Below, in pieces: positions 18,898-27,241 of a stretch of DNA of 64,000 nucleotides. Under the pieces are notes generated by a model. The model made no database searches. It saw only the letters and a program-made list of their open reading frames with translations, and was not told the origin of the DNA. The translations under genes were made by a program, and so were the position numbers. Position 1 is the stretch's first letter; every line of letters begins with the position of its first letter. Source of the DNA: Campylobacterota bacterium (GTDB taxonomy: Bacteria > Campylobacterota > Campylobacteria > Campylobacterales > Arcobacteraceae); NCBI GenBank assembly GCA_034660335.1, contig JAYEJC010000113.1, positions 13,731 to 77,730 of the forward strand, written 5' to 3'.

Positions 18898-20607
18898 ATG
18901 CAAAATACAGCCTTAGATATACTAAAGACAGGTCAAAATTTATTTTTAACAGGATCAGCAGGTACAGGAAAGACATATATATTGCATCAGTATATTTTAT
19001 ATCTCAAAAAAAGAAAAATAATACCAACTATAGTAGCCCCTACAGGTATAGCAGCTTCCCATCTACATGGTCAGACTATCCACTCTTTTTTTGCTTTGGG
19101 TATAAGGTCTGATGTTGATGCTATGTTTGTTCAGTCATTGGTAGAAAAAAAATACCTCCAACCTAGATTTAAAAAACTAAAAGTATTGATAATAGATGAG
19201 ATATCTATGGTATCTCCTGAGGTTTTTGACTCTATTGATAAGATTTTGCAGGCTTTTAAACAAAGTCGTAAACCTTTTGGTGGTATTCAAGTGATACTCT
19301 CTGGTGATTTTTTTCAACTTCCACCTATATCAAAGCTCCAAACAGATAAAAGATTTGCTTGGCAGTCACCATCGTGGCGTGATTTGGAGTTGCAAACTTG
19401 TTATTTAGAAAAAAAATTTAGACAAGATGACAACCAACTTATATATGTACTAGATGAGATAAGAGCTGGTAAAGTATCTGATAAATCATATGAGATTCTA
19501 AACTCTAGATTTAACAAAGAGTTGAGTATAGATCACAAACCAACAAACTTATACACACACAATATAGATGTAGATAGAATAAACAACGATGAGCTAAATA
19601 TGCTACCATCAGAAGCGATTAAATTTTTATATTCAGGGGATGGTACTTCAAAAAATATAGAAAAAATATTTAAATCAGGACTATTATCACAAGAGCTATC
19701 GCTAAAAAAAGATGCTGTTGTTATGTTTATCAAAAACAACAATGAAAAAGGCTACACAAATGGCACAACAGGTGTTGTGATTGGTTTTGATAAGTATACA
19801 AAAAATCCTATAGTAAAGATATCAAACTCACATATAGTAAAAGTAGAACATGAAGATTGGACAATTGAAAATGAGAGTGGTAAAGTACTAGCAAAAGTAT
19901 CACAAATACCACTTAAGCTAGCATGGGCTATTACTATACACAAATCCCAAGGTATGACACTAGACTCAGCACAAATAGACTTATCAAAAACATTTGAAGT
20001 TGGTCAAGGGTATGTGGCATTATCAAGGATCAAAAATATTGAGGGACTAAAACTTATAGGACTAAATGATACTGCACTTAGTGTAGATCCTCTTATACTT
20101 CATATAGACCCTCGTATCAAACAAGCTAGTCAAAAAGCAAAGCAGAGTATAGAGTCATACACAAAAGAGGAGCTAGAGAGTTTATATATATCACATATCA
20201 AAAAACTAGGTGGTACTGTAGATAAGGTCCAAATAGAAAAAGAGACAAAAAAATTAGCAGAAAAAAAAGGCTTCGAACCAAAAGACAATACCCCTACTCA
20301 TATCAAAACAAAACAGTTGTTTGAAAAGGCAAACAACCTAAAAGAGCTAGCAGAAGCTAGAGATATAAGTATATCTACTATTATAAAACACCTAAGGCTT
20401 ATAAAACAAGATGATGATACTATTGATTTATCAAAGTTTTTACCAGATTTACAAACTACTACACTTATCAAAGAGAGTATTGAGGTGGTCAAAAAAAGAG
20501 CAAATACAGATGACTTTGGTCCAGATGGTACACTAAGACTAAAGCCTATATTTATTGAGTTGAATGAGAAAGTATCTTATGATGATATTAGACTTGTTTT
20601 ATTGTGA
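18898..20607 (+). CDS. Pif1/RecD-like SF1 DNA helicase with C-terminal helix-turn-helix region
   Basis: Walker A is GSAGTGKT and Walker B is LIIDEISMV. AITIHKSQGMTLD (UvrD_C_2-like) and a C-terminal HTH-like ARDISISTIIKHL are also present. Confidence 0.85.
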   Translation: MQNTALDILKTGQNLFLTGSAGTGKTYILHQYILYLKKRKIIPTIVAPTGIAASHLHGQTIHSFFALGIRSDVDAMFVQSLVEKKYLQPRFKKLKVLIIDEISMVSPEVFDSIDKILQAFKQSRKPFGGIQVILSGDFFQLPPISKLQTDKRFAWQSPSWRDLELQTCYLEKKFRQDDNQLIYVLDEIRAGKVSDKSYEILNSRFNKELSIDHKPTNLYTHNIDVDRINNDELNMLPSEAIKFLYSGDGTSKNIEKIFKSGLLSQELSLKKDAVVMFIKNNNEKGYTNGTTGVVIGFDKYTKNPIVKISNSHIVKVEHEDWTIENESGKVLAKVSQIPLKLAWAITIHKSQGMTLDSAQIDLSKTFEVGQGYVALSRIKNIEGLKLIGLNDTALSVDPLILHIDPRIKQASQKAKQSIESYTKEELESLYISHIKKLGGTVDKVQIEKETKKLAEKKGFEPKDNTPTHIKTKQLFEKANNLKELAEARDISISTIIKHLRLIKQDDDTIDLSKFLPDLQTTTLIKESIEVVKKRANTDDFGPDGTLRLKPIFIELNEKVSYDDIRLVLL

Positions 20608-20610
20608 AGT

Positions 20611-20715
20611 GTTAAAGTCACAACTTCGAAATCGCAACTAAAGTCCAGATTCCAAAAAGCTTGGAACGCCGACTTTTTCTAGTTCCCATCGACTCTGATG
20701 GGAGCTAGTTAAAAC
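20611..20715 (+). repeat. composite of the CCCATCG-hairpin repeat family (module A, inverted module B, collapsed 39-bp hairpin form)
   Basis: GTTAAAGTCACAACTTCGAAATCGCAACT also occurs at 25798-25832. AAAGTCCAGATTCCAAAAAGCTTGGAACGCCGACTTT is the reverse complement of part of 27367-27414. TTCTAGTTCCCATC-GACTCT-GATGGGAGCTAGTTAAAAC (20677-20715) forms a 12-bp stem with one G.T on the plus strand. Confidence 0.7.
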
Positions 20716-21854
20716 TTGATTTTATACCCACCTACTAATACCTTTTCATTCATAGCAAAGTTATACATACACTCAAGAGATATATACTTAAAATCGACTC
20801 CAAAAATTATATTTTTTGTTTCATAAATATAGCCTGTTTTAAAAGAGTGATTTTTATTGATTTTTGTTTTTATATATAGTTGATTAAATACTATATCATT
20901 ATACCCCTCCATGCTATCACCTATAGAGATGATATTATTTATTTTATAGTTTAGTGTTGATCTATAGTAGAGTGGTAGCTTTTGTTTATAGTCTATATCA
21001 TATCTATAGTATCCACTACCAAAAGGTCTGCTATGTTTATATCCGTCATCGCCTATATATATTGTTTGACCATTGAAATCATAGTGCATAAACTCTATAT
21101 CTTTCCAATACAAAAAAGAGTGTATATTATAAAACCCAGCGTGAAAATATAGTTTTTCATCGTTGTATATATACTCCAAATCTATAGCATATCCTATACC
21201 ATTTTCACTATTATCAAATCTTTTGTTTTTTGATATATGATTTTTATCTGAATAATAGTAGTCAAAGCTCATCTCAAATTGTTCTGCATTTTCCCCTGTG
21301 ACTGCCAAAGATTGTAGTTCACTCCCTTTTAAAAGCTTCAATTTTGAAGAAAAATAGTGTTTTTTTGTAGGGTTAAATATCTTTTGTATATATATACCAT
21401 TGGCTATATAGTAGCTAGCATCTCCATCTATAGTGGTATTTGTAATATAATCACCTATATCATCTTTGTTTAAAAGGGTATTGAAATCTTTTGTTGCATA
21501 AAACCATGTTTGGATAAAACCATCATTTGCATTTAGGTTTATACTTTTTTCATGAAACACACCTATTTTTATATCATCAAGATGATATGAGCCTTCAAAA
21601 TATATATCTCCATAAGCGTTATTTGTTTTGTTGTGTTTTGGCATTGTTAGCCATTTGTCATCAAAGATATCTATATCTAAGCTATCTGATTTTATATTTG
21701 TGTATCCACTTATATTTATACTATTATCTATATCTCTAAAGTCATTTTTTAAGTATTCTGCACAAGATATATAAGGCAATAAAAAAAGGCAAAATACAAT
21801 AATGTATTTTACCTTTTGTTGAATATCTTGACTAATAAGTTTAGAAAAAATCAT
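20709..21854 (-). CDS. hypothetical outer-membrane beta-barrel-like protein, co-operonic with the large lipoprotein
   Basis: It has a signal peptide, Tyr/Asn/Ile-rich alternating strands and a C-terminal GGYKIKF. A 3-nt gap separates it from the upstream gene. Confidence 0.45.
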   Translation of the reverse strand: MIFSKLISQDIQQKVKYIIVFCLFLLPYISCAEYLKNDFRDIDNSINISGYTNIKSDSLDIDIFDDKWLTMPKHNKTNNAYGDIYFEGSYHLDDIKIGVFHEKSINLNANDGFIQTWFYATKDFNTLLNKDDIGDYITNTTIDGDASYYIANGIYIQKIFNPTKKHYFSSKLKLLKGSELQSLAVTGENAEQFEMSFDYYYSDKNHISKNKRFDNSENGIGYAIDLEYIYNDEKLYFHAGFYNIHSFLYWKDIEFMHYDFNGQTIYIGDDGYKHSRPFGSGYYRYDIDYKQKLPLYYRSTLNYKINNIISIGDSMEGYNDIVFNQLYIKTKINKNHSFKTGYIYETKNIIFGVDFKYISLECMYNFAMNEKVLVGGYKIKF

Positions 21855-21857
21855 ATA

Positions 21858-24800
21858 CTAAAATAATGTTTCAGCACTATCATCAGAGTATTTGATCTCC
21901 CAATCATTTTCATTTTCATCTTCACCATATGTTGCAAGCTCATTACCATCTTTGTCTGTGAAGATTATAGAAGTGCTATCTTCTTCTGTATTATCATCTT
22001 GTTCTGACCAAGTATCTGTATATGTAGCTATCACACCATTGCTATCACCTATATTAAACACACTTGTATAGTTGCCATCTTCTGTTGCAGTTTCTGTTAG
22101 TTTTAGACCTAGTTTATAGCTATCACCTCTTGTTAGCATTGCGTATCCATTTACTACATCATTTTGTGTATCTGCTTTGACTGCAAGTGTAAATGGCTCA
22201 AATCCATTTGATTCTACATCTCCAGATATATCAAATGAACTTTGAGTTTCATCTCCTGATATATTTATTTTTCCATAAAAGCTTGTATCACCATAGCTAT
22301 AGTTACCATCAAAAAATACACTTTGTGTATTTGTAGAGTTTGTATAGTTTAAGTTTGCTATCACACTTAGTTCAGTACTCTGGCTATCTGTTACAGATAA
22401 AGCTAAGTTTTTCAGCTCTACAGAAGTGAACTCATCTGTATTTATACTATCATCTTCTTCATAGTAATTGTTATTCCAATTATCTGTACATGTATAGTTC
22501 TCAAAAGGACTATAATCATAACACTCTATTGATACTGCATCTGTAGATTTTAAGACTGCGACATTTAACTCATCTGCTTTGATACTAGATGAACCATCAC
22601 TTACTAATATATCTTTTGCGTAGTATGTAGTGCTATTAGAATACCCTAAGTTTCTCACCCCTAGTTCACCTTTGATAGTATTTGTACCATGTGTTAGCTC
22701 CCCTACAAATGACAACTCACCATTGTACTCCTCTACACTACTAGGCTCTCTCATAGTGATATTTGTGATATTTACAGCTTCACCATCTTGTTCTAATCTA
22801 TTATCTCCTATATCAAAATATATAGGACCTTTATCATCATCTACAAAATCAATTCTAGGTGTAATTGTAGTGCTATCAGAATCCCATGACCAATCTGTAT
22901 CTCCATAGTCTACTACCATCTCTTCACCATTGACTGTAGCTGTTACTATTTTTCCTGTTCCATCTAGTACCTCTACAGTACCACCTGTACACTGAGCACT
23001 ATTTGTCACAGTATATGTATTTGTTGTATAATCATCTATTCCAGTACGATTCACATCACAGCTTATAGTATCACCACTTTGTGTTAGAAGATTATATTGG
23101 CTATTTGAAGTATATGTCCAAGTAGAACTATTCTGATCGTAACTATAATCTGAATCATCACTATATGTCGTTTTCACTACAAGTGACTTCTCACCATCTG
23201 TTGGTGTAGCCATCACAAGTGTATATCCCCACATCCAATCCTGAGTCTTATCGTTGTCATCCTCTACTTCTTTTAGGTCATCCAAAGATACTTTTGCAGT
23301 GATAGTACCCTCAAAAGAAGGTTCAGTACCAGCACCTGTGTAGCTACCTACTAGTTGATTTTTTGTGTTGTCTGATTCACTTAAAGTAAGCTTACCATTT
23401 AGTGTTCTTCCACTTGATACTATTGTACCATCAAAAGTAGCTTCAAGATTATCTATAAAGTTTAGTGAGTTCTCTTGTGTTCTATCTAGTGAAAACTGAA
23501 TATCAAGATCAGTCAAAGTCATAGAAGAGTCATTGTCTCCATATATTGTACCACTTGCTTTTAGTGTGATATTATCATCTGCAAAAGATAGGCTACTTAG
23601 TGTTAGAGTATATTTACCCTCATCTTCAAGTGTGATAGCACCACTAGTTGATACAGAAGATAGTTCATCATTATCTAAATGAAGAGTGATAGTTTGCCCA
23701 TTTATAGTGATAGTTTCATCTATAGTACCATCAGTATTGCTATATGTATGAGAGATTTTATCACCTGTTTCACCTGACTCTATTGTCCAGTTTCCTTCCA
23801 TATCTTGAGAGCTTACAGTATCAAATCTACTTGCCAATAACTCTAAGTTTGTATCAAAGTTTGTTAAGCTATCACTAAAAGCACTCACCGATGTATCTAA
23901 AGCTGTCACTGTAGTATTTAGTGTTGTTTCCATAGCTTCTACTTTTGGCACTACTTTTGTATCTATATCATTTTTTTGACTACCTACTATTGTACTTGTA
24001 TTGTCATCATTTTCTAAGTCTATAAAAGTATTAGCTGTATCTCTTAAGTTTGAAAAAAGAGTTTTTGCATCCGCTACAGTTGCTACTTTTGTAGGTGATA
24101 ATAAAGAATCAACTTTAGCATCTAAAGTTGCCACTGTACCATCTTCATCTATTACCGCATCTTTTGCTGCTTCTGCTGCTTGATTCACTGTATCTTTAGA
24201 AGCTTGTACAACTGCATCTCCTGCAGCTTTAGCTTTATCTTCATCTACATCAATTGTTGAATCTTCTTCTTTAGCTTCAGTTATTACCTCTGCAATAATA
24301 TCTTCAATACTAGTGTTTTCTGTATCTTCAGCTTTTTTTGTACCTACACTTACTATCATATCAGATGTAAATCCAGATTCTGTAAGTTCTTCAAAAGCAT
24401 TAGAATTTGAATCTATAACATCTGTTGTAATAAAAGATTCTGTAAAAGTTGAGGCATCTAATGATTCTCCTTCATCAAGAGTATTTTCTTGAGTTTCTAT
24501 ATGTTGTGCTATTCCATCAACTCCACCCATCATTGATAGAGCATTGGATACTTTTACAGCTTCATCTTTTTTTGTTTCTATTTCATTTACGTCAGTTAAA
24601 TAAGCTATAGCTACAGCTTGTTCTTCGATAGTAGATGTTATCACTTCCATAGCTTTTGATTTTGTCTCTAACACTTCTGTTACATTTGCATTTTCAGCTG
24701 TTAGATCAGTTACATCCATAGCATTTATCATAGTTACTATTGATTGAGCTGATGATGCTACTGCTTTTAGTTTTGCTGCTGCATTTGTATCTTTTGCTAC

Positions 24801-25526
24801 CTCTTCATCTTCTGCTACTGCTGTAGCTATAGCTGTTGTATTTGCCATAATAGTATCAAAACCACTACCATCAGTAGAGTTTGAATCAGCTAGTTTAGTA
24901 GCTACCGCACTCATAACAGCATCAAAAGCAGCATCACTACCACCTACAGATTTAGCAAGAGTTTCTGCTGTTTTTTGAATAACCAAAGCTTTTTTGATAG
25001 CTGTAGCAGCTGCAGTTTTTTCATCATCTGTAGCCGTATCACTATTTAAAGTCTCAATAGGATCGGCATCAAGTGTATCTACTGAGATACCTAATTGTGA
25101 TGATACTGTATCTTTTGCATCATCTATTGATTTTCCACTTTGTACTAGTGCTGCTACAAGTGTAGTAAGTGGAGTAGTCACTACTTCACTACCATCTGTA
25201 GCTGCTGGTGCTTTTAATACACCCTCAAATACCTCACCTGTAGCAGTATCTGTACCACCACTTACTTCAACTATAGAACCATCAGGTATAACTACACCCT
25301 CAAAATTCCAATCACCATTTGCATCTGTTGTTGTAGTTTCTATCTCTTCACCTGAACTATTTTTTAGTACAACATTTGCACCAGAAACATAACCATCAAT
25401 CGCAACACCACTCATACTTTGAGTATCATCATTTGAACCTGAACCAGAACTAGAACCACACCCTACCAACAAAGCACTAGCTACTAGTGAAACAACTATC
25501 GTTTTATTAAACTTAAACATATACAC
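21858..25526 (-). CDS. very large acidic Asp/Thr/Ser-rich surface lipoprotein (1222 aa)
   Basis: It has a signal peptide with lipobox LLVGCGSS followed by a Gly/Ser linker. An N-terminal beta-sandwich-like module reads AIDGYVSGANVVL...TDANGDW. The rest is strongly acidic and low in hydrophobic residues. Confidence 0.7.
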   Translation of the reverse strand: MYMFKFNKTIVVSLVASALLVGCGSSSGSGSNDDTQSMSGVAIDGYVSGANVVLKNSSGEEIETTTTDANGDWNFEGVVIPDGSIVEVSGGTDTATGEVFEGVLKAPAATDGSEVVTTPLTTLVAALVQSGKSIDDAKDTVSSQLGISVDTLDADPIETLNSDTATDDEKTAAATAIKKALVIQKTAETLAKSVGGSDAAFDAVMSAVATKLADSNSTDGSGFDTIMANTTAIATAVAEDEEVAKDTNAAAKLKAVASSAQSIVTMINAMDVTDLTAENANVTEVLETKSKAMEVITSTIEEQAVAIAYLTDVNEIETKKDEAVKVSNALSMMGGVDGIAQHIETQENTLDEGESLDASTFTESFITTDVIDSNSNAFEELTESGFTSDMIVSVGTKKAEDTENTSIEDIIAEVITEAKEEDSTIDVDEDKAKAAGDAVVQASKDTVNQAAEAAKDAVIDEDGTVATLDAKVDSLLSPTKVATVADAKTLFSNLRDTANTFIDLENDDNTSTIVGSQKNDIDTKVVPKVEAMETTLNTTVTALDTSVSAFSDSLTNFDTNLELLASRFDTVSSQDMEGNWTIESGETGDKISHTYSNTDGTIDETITINGQTITLHLDNDELSSVSTSGAITLEDEGKYTLTLSSLSFADDNITLKASGTIYGDNDSSMTLTDLDIQFSLDRTQENSLNFIDNLEATFDGTIVSSGRTLNGKLTLSESDNTKNQLVGSYTGAGTEPSFEGTITAKVSLDDLKEVEDDNDKTQDWMWGYTLVMATPTDGEKSLVVKTTYSDDSDYSYDQNSSTWTYTSNSQYNLLTQSGDTISCDVNRTGIDDYTTNTYTVTNSAQCTGGTVEVLDGTGKIVTATVNGEEMVVDYGDTDWSWDSDSTTITPRIDFVDDDKGPIYFDIGDNRLEQDGEAVNITNITMREPSSVEEYNGELSFVGELTHGTNTIKGELGVRNLGYSNSTTYYAKDILVSDGSSSIKADELNVAVLKSTDAVSIECYDYSPFENYTCTDNWNNNYYEEDDSINTDEFTSVELKNLALSVTDSQSTELSVIANLNYTNSTNTQSVFFDGNYSYGDTSFYGKINISGDETQSSFDISGDVESNGFEPFTLAVKADTQNDVVNGYAMLTRGDSYKLGLKLTETATEDGNYTSVFNIGDSNGVIATYTDTWSEQDDNTEEDSTSIIFTDKDGNELATYGEDENENDWEIKYSDDSAETLF

Positions 25527-25797
25527 ATCTCCTTAAATTTTTATTATTTTTACATATGTATACTTATATTGTATAGGTTTTAAAGCTACTTAAATATTAC
25601 AAAAAAGTTACAATAAAATTATTTTTTATGACTCATTACATTTTAGCACCTAAAAAAGTAGCTAACTTCTAAATATAAAAGCTATTTATCTTATAAAAAT
25701 AGCTTAGTTATTATTTTTTAATATAATTAGCAATACTATCTAAATATTTTCTGTAACCATTGTGTAACTTTTCTTTAGGCTTGTAGTTTTGTAACAA

Positions 25798-25985
25798 TTA
25801 AAGTCATAGGTTCATCGAAATCGCAACTTTAGTTACGACTGCTAATATGCCCCGACTGAAGTCGGCGTTCCGATTCTTTCTAGTTCCCATCGTCTCTGAT
25901 GGGAATTCATACTTATATTTTACTACTCATAATTATTCAAACACCAATATACACTTCCATCGAGGACGATGGGAGCGAGTTAAAG
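25798..25985 (+). repeat. composite repeat: module A (25798-25832), module C (25835-25873) and 108-bp double-hairpin unit E1 (25878-25985)
   Basis: E1 is TTCTAGTTCCCATCG-TCTC-TGATGGGA, an AT-rich core, then TTCCATCG-AGGA-CGATGGGAGCGAGTTAAAG. It is 106/108 identical to E2. Module C recurs at 27415-27454. Confidence 0.8.
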
Positions 25986-25999
25986 AATTTGTTATCTCT

Positions 26000-26257
26000 T
26001 TAAGCTACTTTTTTAAGTGAAACCTCTAACATATTTTCTATATTTAAATGATAATCTATTGATTCCCATTCAATACCAGTATTTAAACAAATTAGTTTAT
26101 AGTCTTTTAATTGTGTTATTGTTGCTTTTTTTAATGGTTCATACCATTCAATAGGTGTTGATATAATTCTATTGTCTTCCAATTTAACATGAAGATATTC
26201 TTCATCAAAGTGAACTTCTTTACCTTTAATTAAACCATTCATCCCAAATCCTTTCAA
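26000..26257 (-). CDS. DUF2442 family protein
   Basis: The DUF2442-like pattern is LHVKLEDNRIISTPIEWYEPLKKAT...GIEWESIDYHL. The track start is TTG; the ATG at 26242 (MNGLIKGK) is the more likely start. Confidence 0.7.
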   Translation of the reverse strand: MKGFGMNGLIKGKEVHFDEEYLHVKLEDNRIISTPIEWYEPLKKATITQLKDYKLICLNTGIEWESIDYHLNIENMLEVSLKKVA

Positions 26258-26452
26258 ATTTATTTTTGTTTTCTTCTACAATCTCAAGTGCCAACTTTAA
26301 GTCTTTAGGTTTTAATAGTTCTGAACTACTTTTAAATTTTCTAATTCTACTTTAGCAAATCCATCAGATCTACTTATGTGAATATGTTTTGGTTCATGTT
26401 CGTTTGCATAAAAGAAAAATTTAAAACCATTTTTATTTAATAAAGTTGGCAA
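26226..26452 (-). pseudogene. DUF4160 family gene, frameshifted
   Basis: A TTG start at 26452 follows AAGGA. The translation LPTLLNKNGFKFFFYANEHEPKHIHISRSDGFAKVELENLKVVQNY stops at 26312-26314. The homologous C-terminus KPKDLKLALEIVEENKNKFERIWDEWFN continues in another frame to 26226, overlapping the DUF2442 start as in intact pairs. Confidence 0.6.
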
Positions 26453-26497
26453 ATTAAAATCCTTGTTTATATTTCATATATTATAACTAAAATACTC

Positions 26498-26605
26498 TTC
26501 TAGTTCCCATCGTCCCCGATGGGAATTCATACTTATATTTTACTACTCATAATTATTCAAACACCAATATACACTTCCATCGAGGACGATGGGAGCGAGT
26601 TAAAG
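26498..26605 (+). repeat. 108-bp double-hairpin unit E2
   Basis: It is identical to E1 except for TCTCT to TCCCC in the left hairpin, which gives a perfect 8-bp stem with a 4-nt loop. It shares the upstream ATAACTAAAATACTC leader with E3. Confidence 0.8.
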
Positions 26606-26687
26606 TCTACCGTTACAGGTCAATATTTCAGAAAAATCTACATATAAAAGTATTGCTATTTTATAAAACTTATGATAGACTATCTCT

Positions 26688-26966
26688 ATGAAAAAAGCAA
26701 ACTTTGAGTGGGATGATAACAAAAATATATCAAACCAAGAAAAACATCATCTTTCTTTTGAAAAAGCACAAAGTGCTTTTTTAGATGAAAATAGAATTAT
26801 TGCCGAAGATTTAGAACACAGCCAAGATGAAAAAAGATATTTTTGTTTTGGTCAAGTTAATAAAGAAATTATAACTGTAAGATTTGTTTACAGAAATAAT
26901 AAAATTAGAATCTTTGGTGCAGGATATTGGAGAAAAGGAAAAAAGATTTATGAAAAAAATAATTAA
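26688..26966 (+). CDS. brnT: BrnT family (DUF497) type II toxin
   Basis: It begins FEWDDNKN..NQEKH..SFE.A and ends IRIFGAGYWRKGKKIYE, which is typical of DUF497/BrnT. It overlaps brnA. Confidence 0.85.
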   Translation: MKKANFEWDDNKNISNQEKHHLSFEKAQSAFLDENRIIAEDLEHSQDEKRYFCFGQVNKEIITVRFVYRNNKIRIFGAGYWRKGKKIYEKNN

Positions 26967-27198
26967 ATATACAGATGAACCAATTGGAGATATAAAAATC
27001 ATAGAAGATTTTTTACCATCACCAAAAGATTTAATCTTTAAAGAAGAGAATGTAAAAGTTACAATCTCTTTGACAAAAGAAAGTATCGACTTTTTTAAAG
27101 CAGAAGCTAAAAAACATCATACTCAATATCAAAAAATGATAAGAAATTTATTGGATGTTTATGCAGAAAATCATAGTCGTGGATTAGCCAACCTATAA
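26950..27198 (+). CDS. brnA: BrnA antitoxin (CopG/RHH-like)
   Basis: The in-frame ATG at 26950 gives MKKIIKYTDEPIG...DFLPSPKDL...KVTISLTKESIDFFKAEAKKHHTQYQKMIRNLLDVY. The track start at 26884 is probably too far upstream. Confidence 0.8.
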   Translation: MKKIIKYTDEPIGDIKIIEDFLPSPKDLIFKEENVKVTISLTKESIDFFKAEAKKHHTQYQKMIRNLLDVYAENHSRGLANL

Positions 27199-27241
27199 CA
27201 AATCATTAAAATTAATATATAAAGAATAACTAAAAATACTC

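Noticed and set aside
25677-25719. Orphan terminator-like hairpin (AAGCTATTT / AAATAGCTT) followed by a T-rich run in the lipoprotein upstream region
   Set aside because: The stem is AT-only, the T run is separated from it by about 8 nt, and no upstream plus-strand gene or sRNA can be supported. It could occur by chance in AT-rich DNA.
25921-25960. Outward-facing promoters inside the AT-rich core of the 108-bp unit (for example TTGAAT-N17-TATAAG on the minus strand, facing the DUF4160/DUF2442 cassette and the lipoprotein operon)
   Set aside because: Hexamer matches of this quality occur on both strands of almost any AT-rich stretch here, so promoter function cannot be claimed without transcription start site data. 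It is mentioned only as something to test.
25878-26605. Canonical integron attC sites
   Set aside because: The layout is integron-like. However, neither orientation of the unit shows an RYYYAAC inverse core paired with a GTTRRRY core at the ends; the right end reads GAGTTAAAG and the left end CTTCTAGTT. No intI gene is in the window. The idea is kept only as an analogy, to be tested with attC covariance models.
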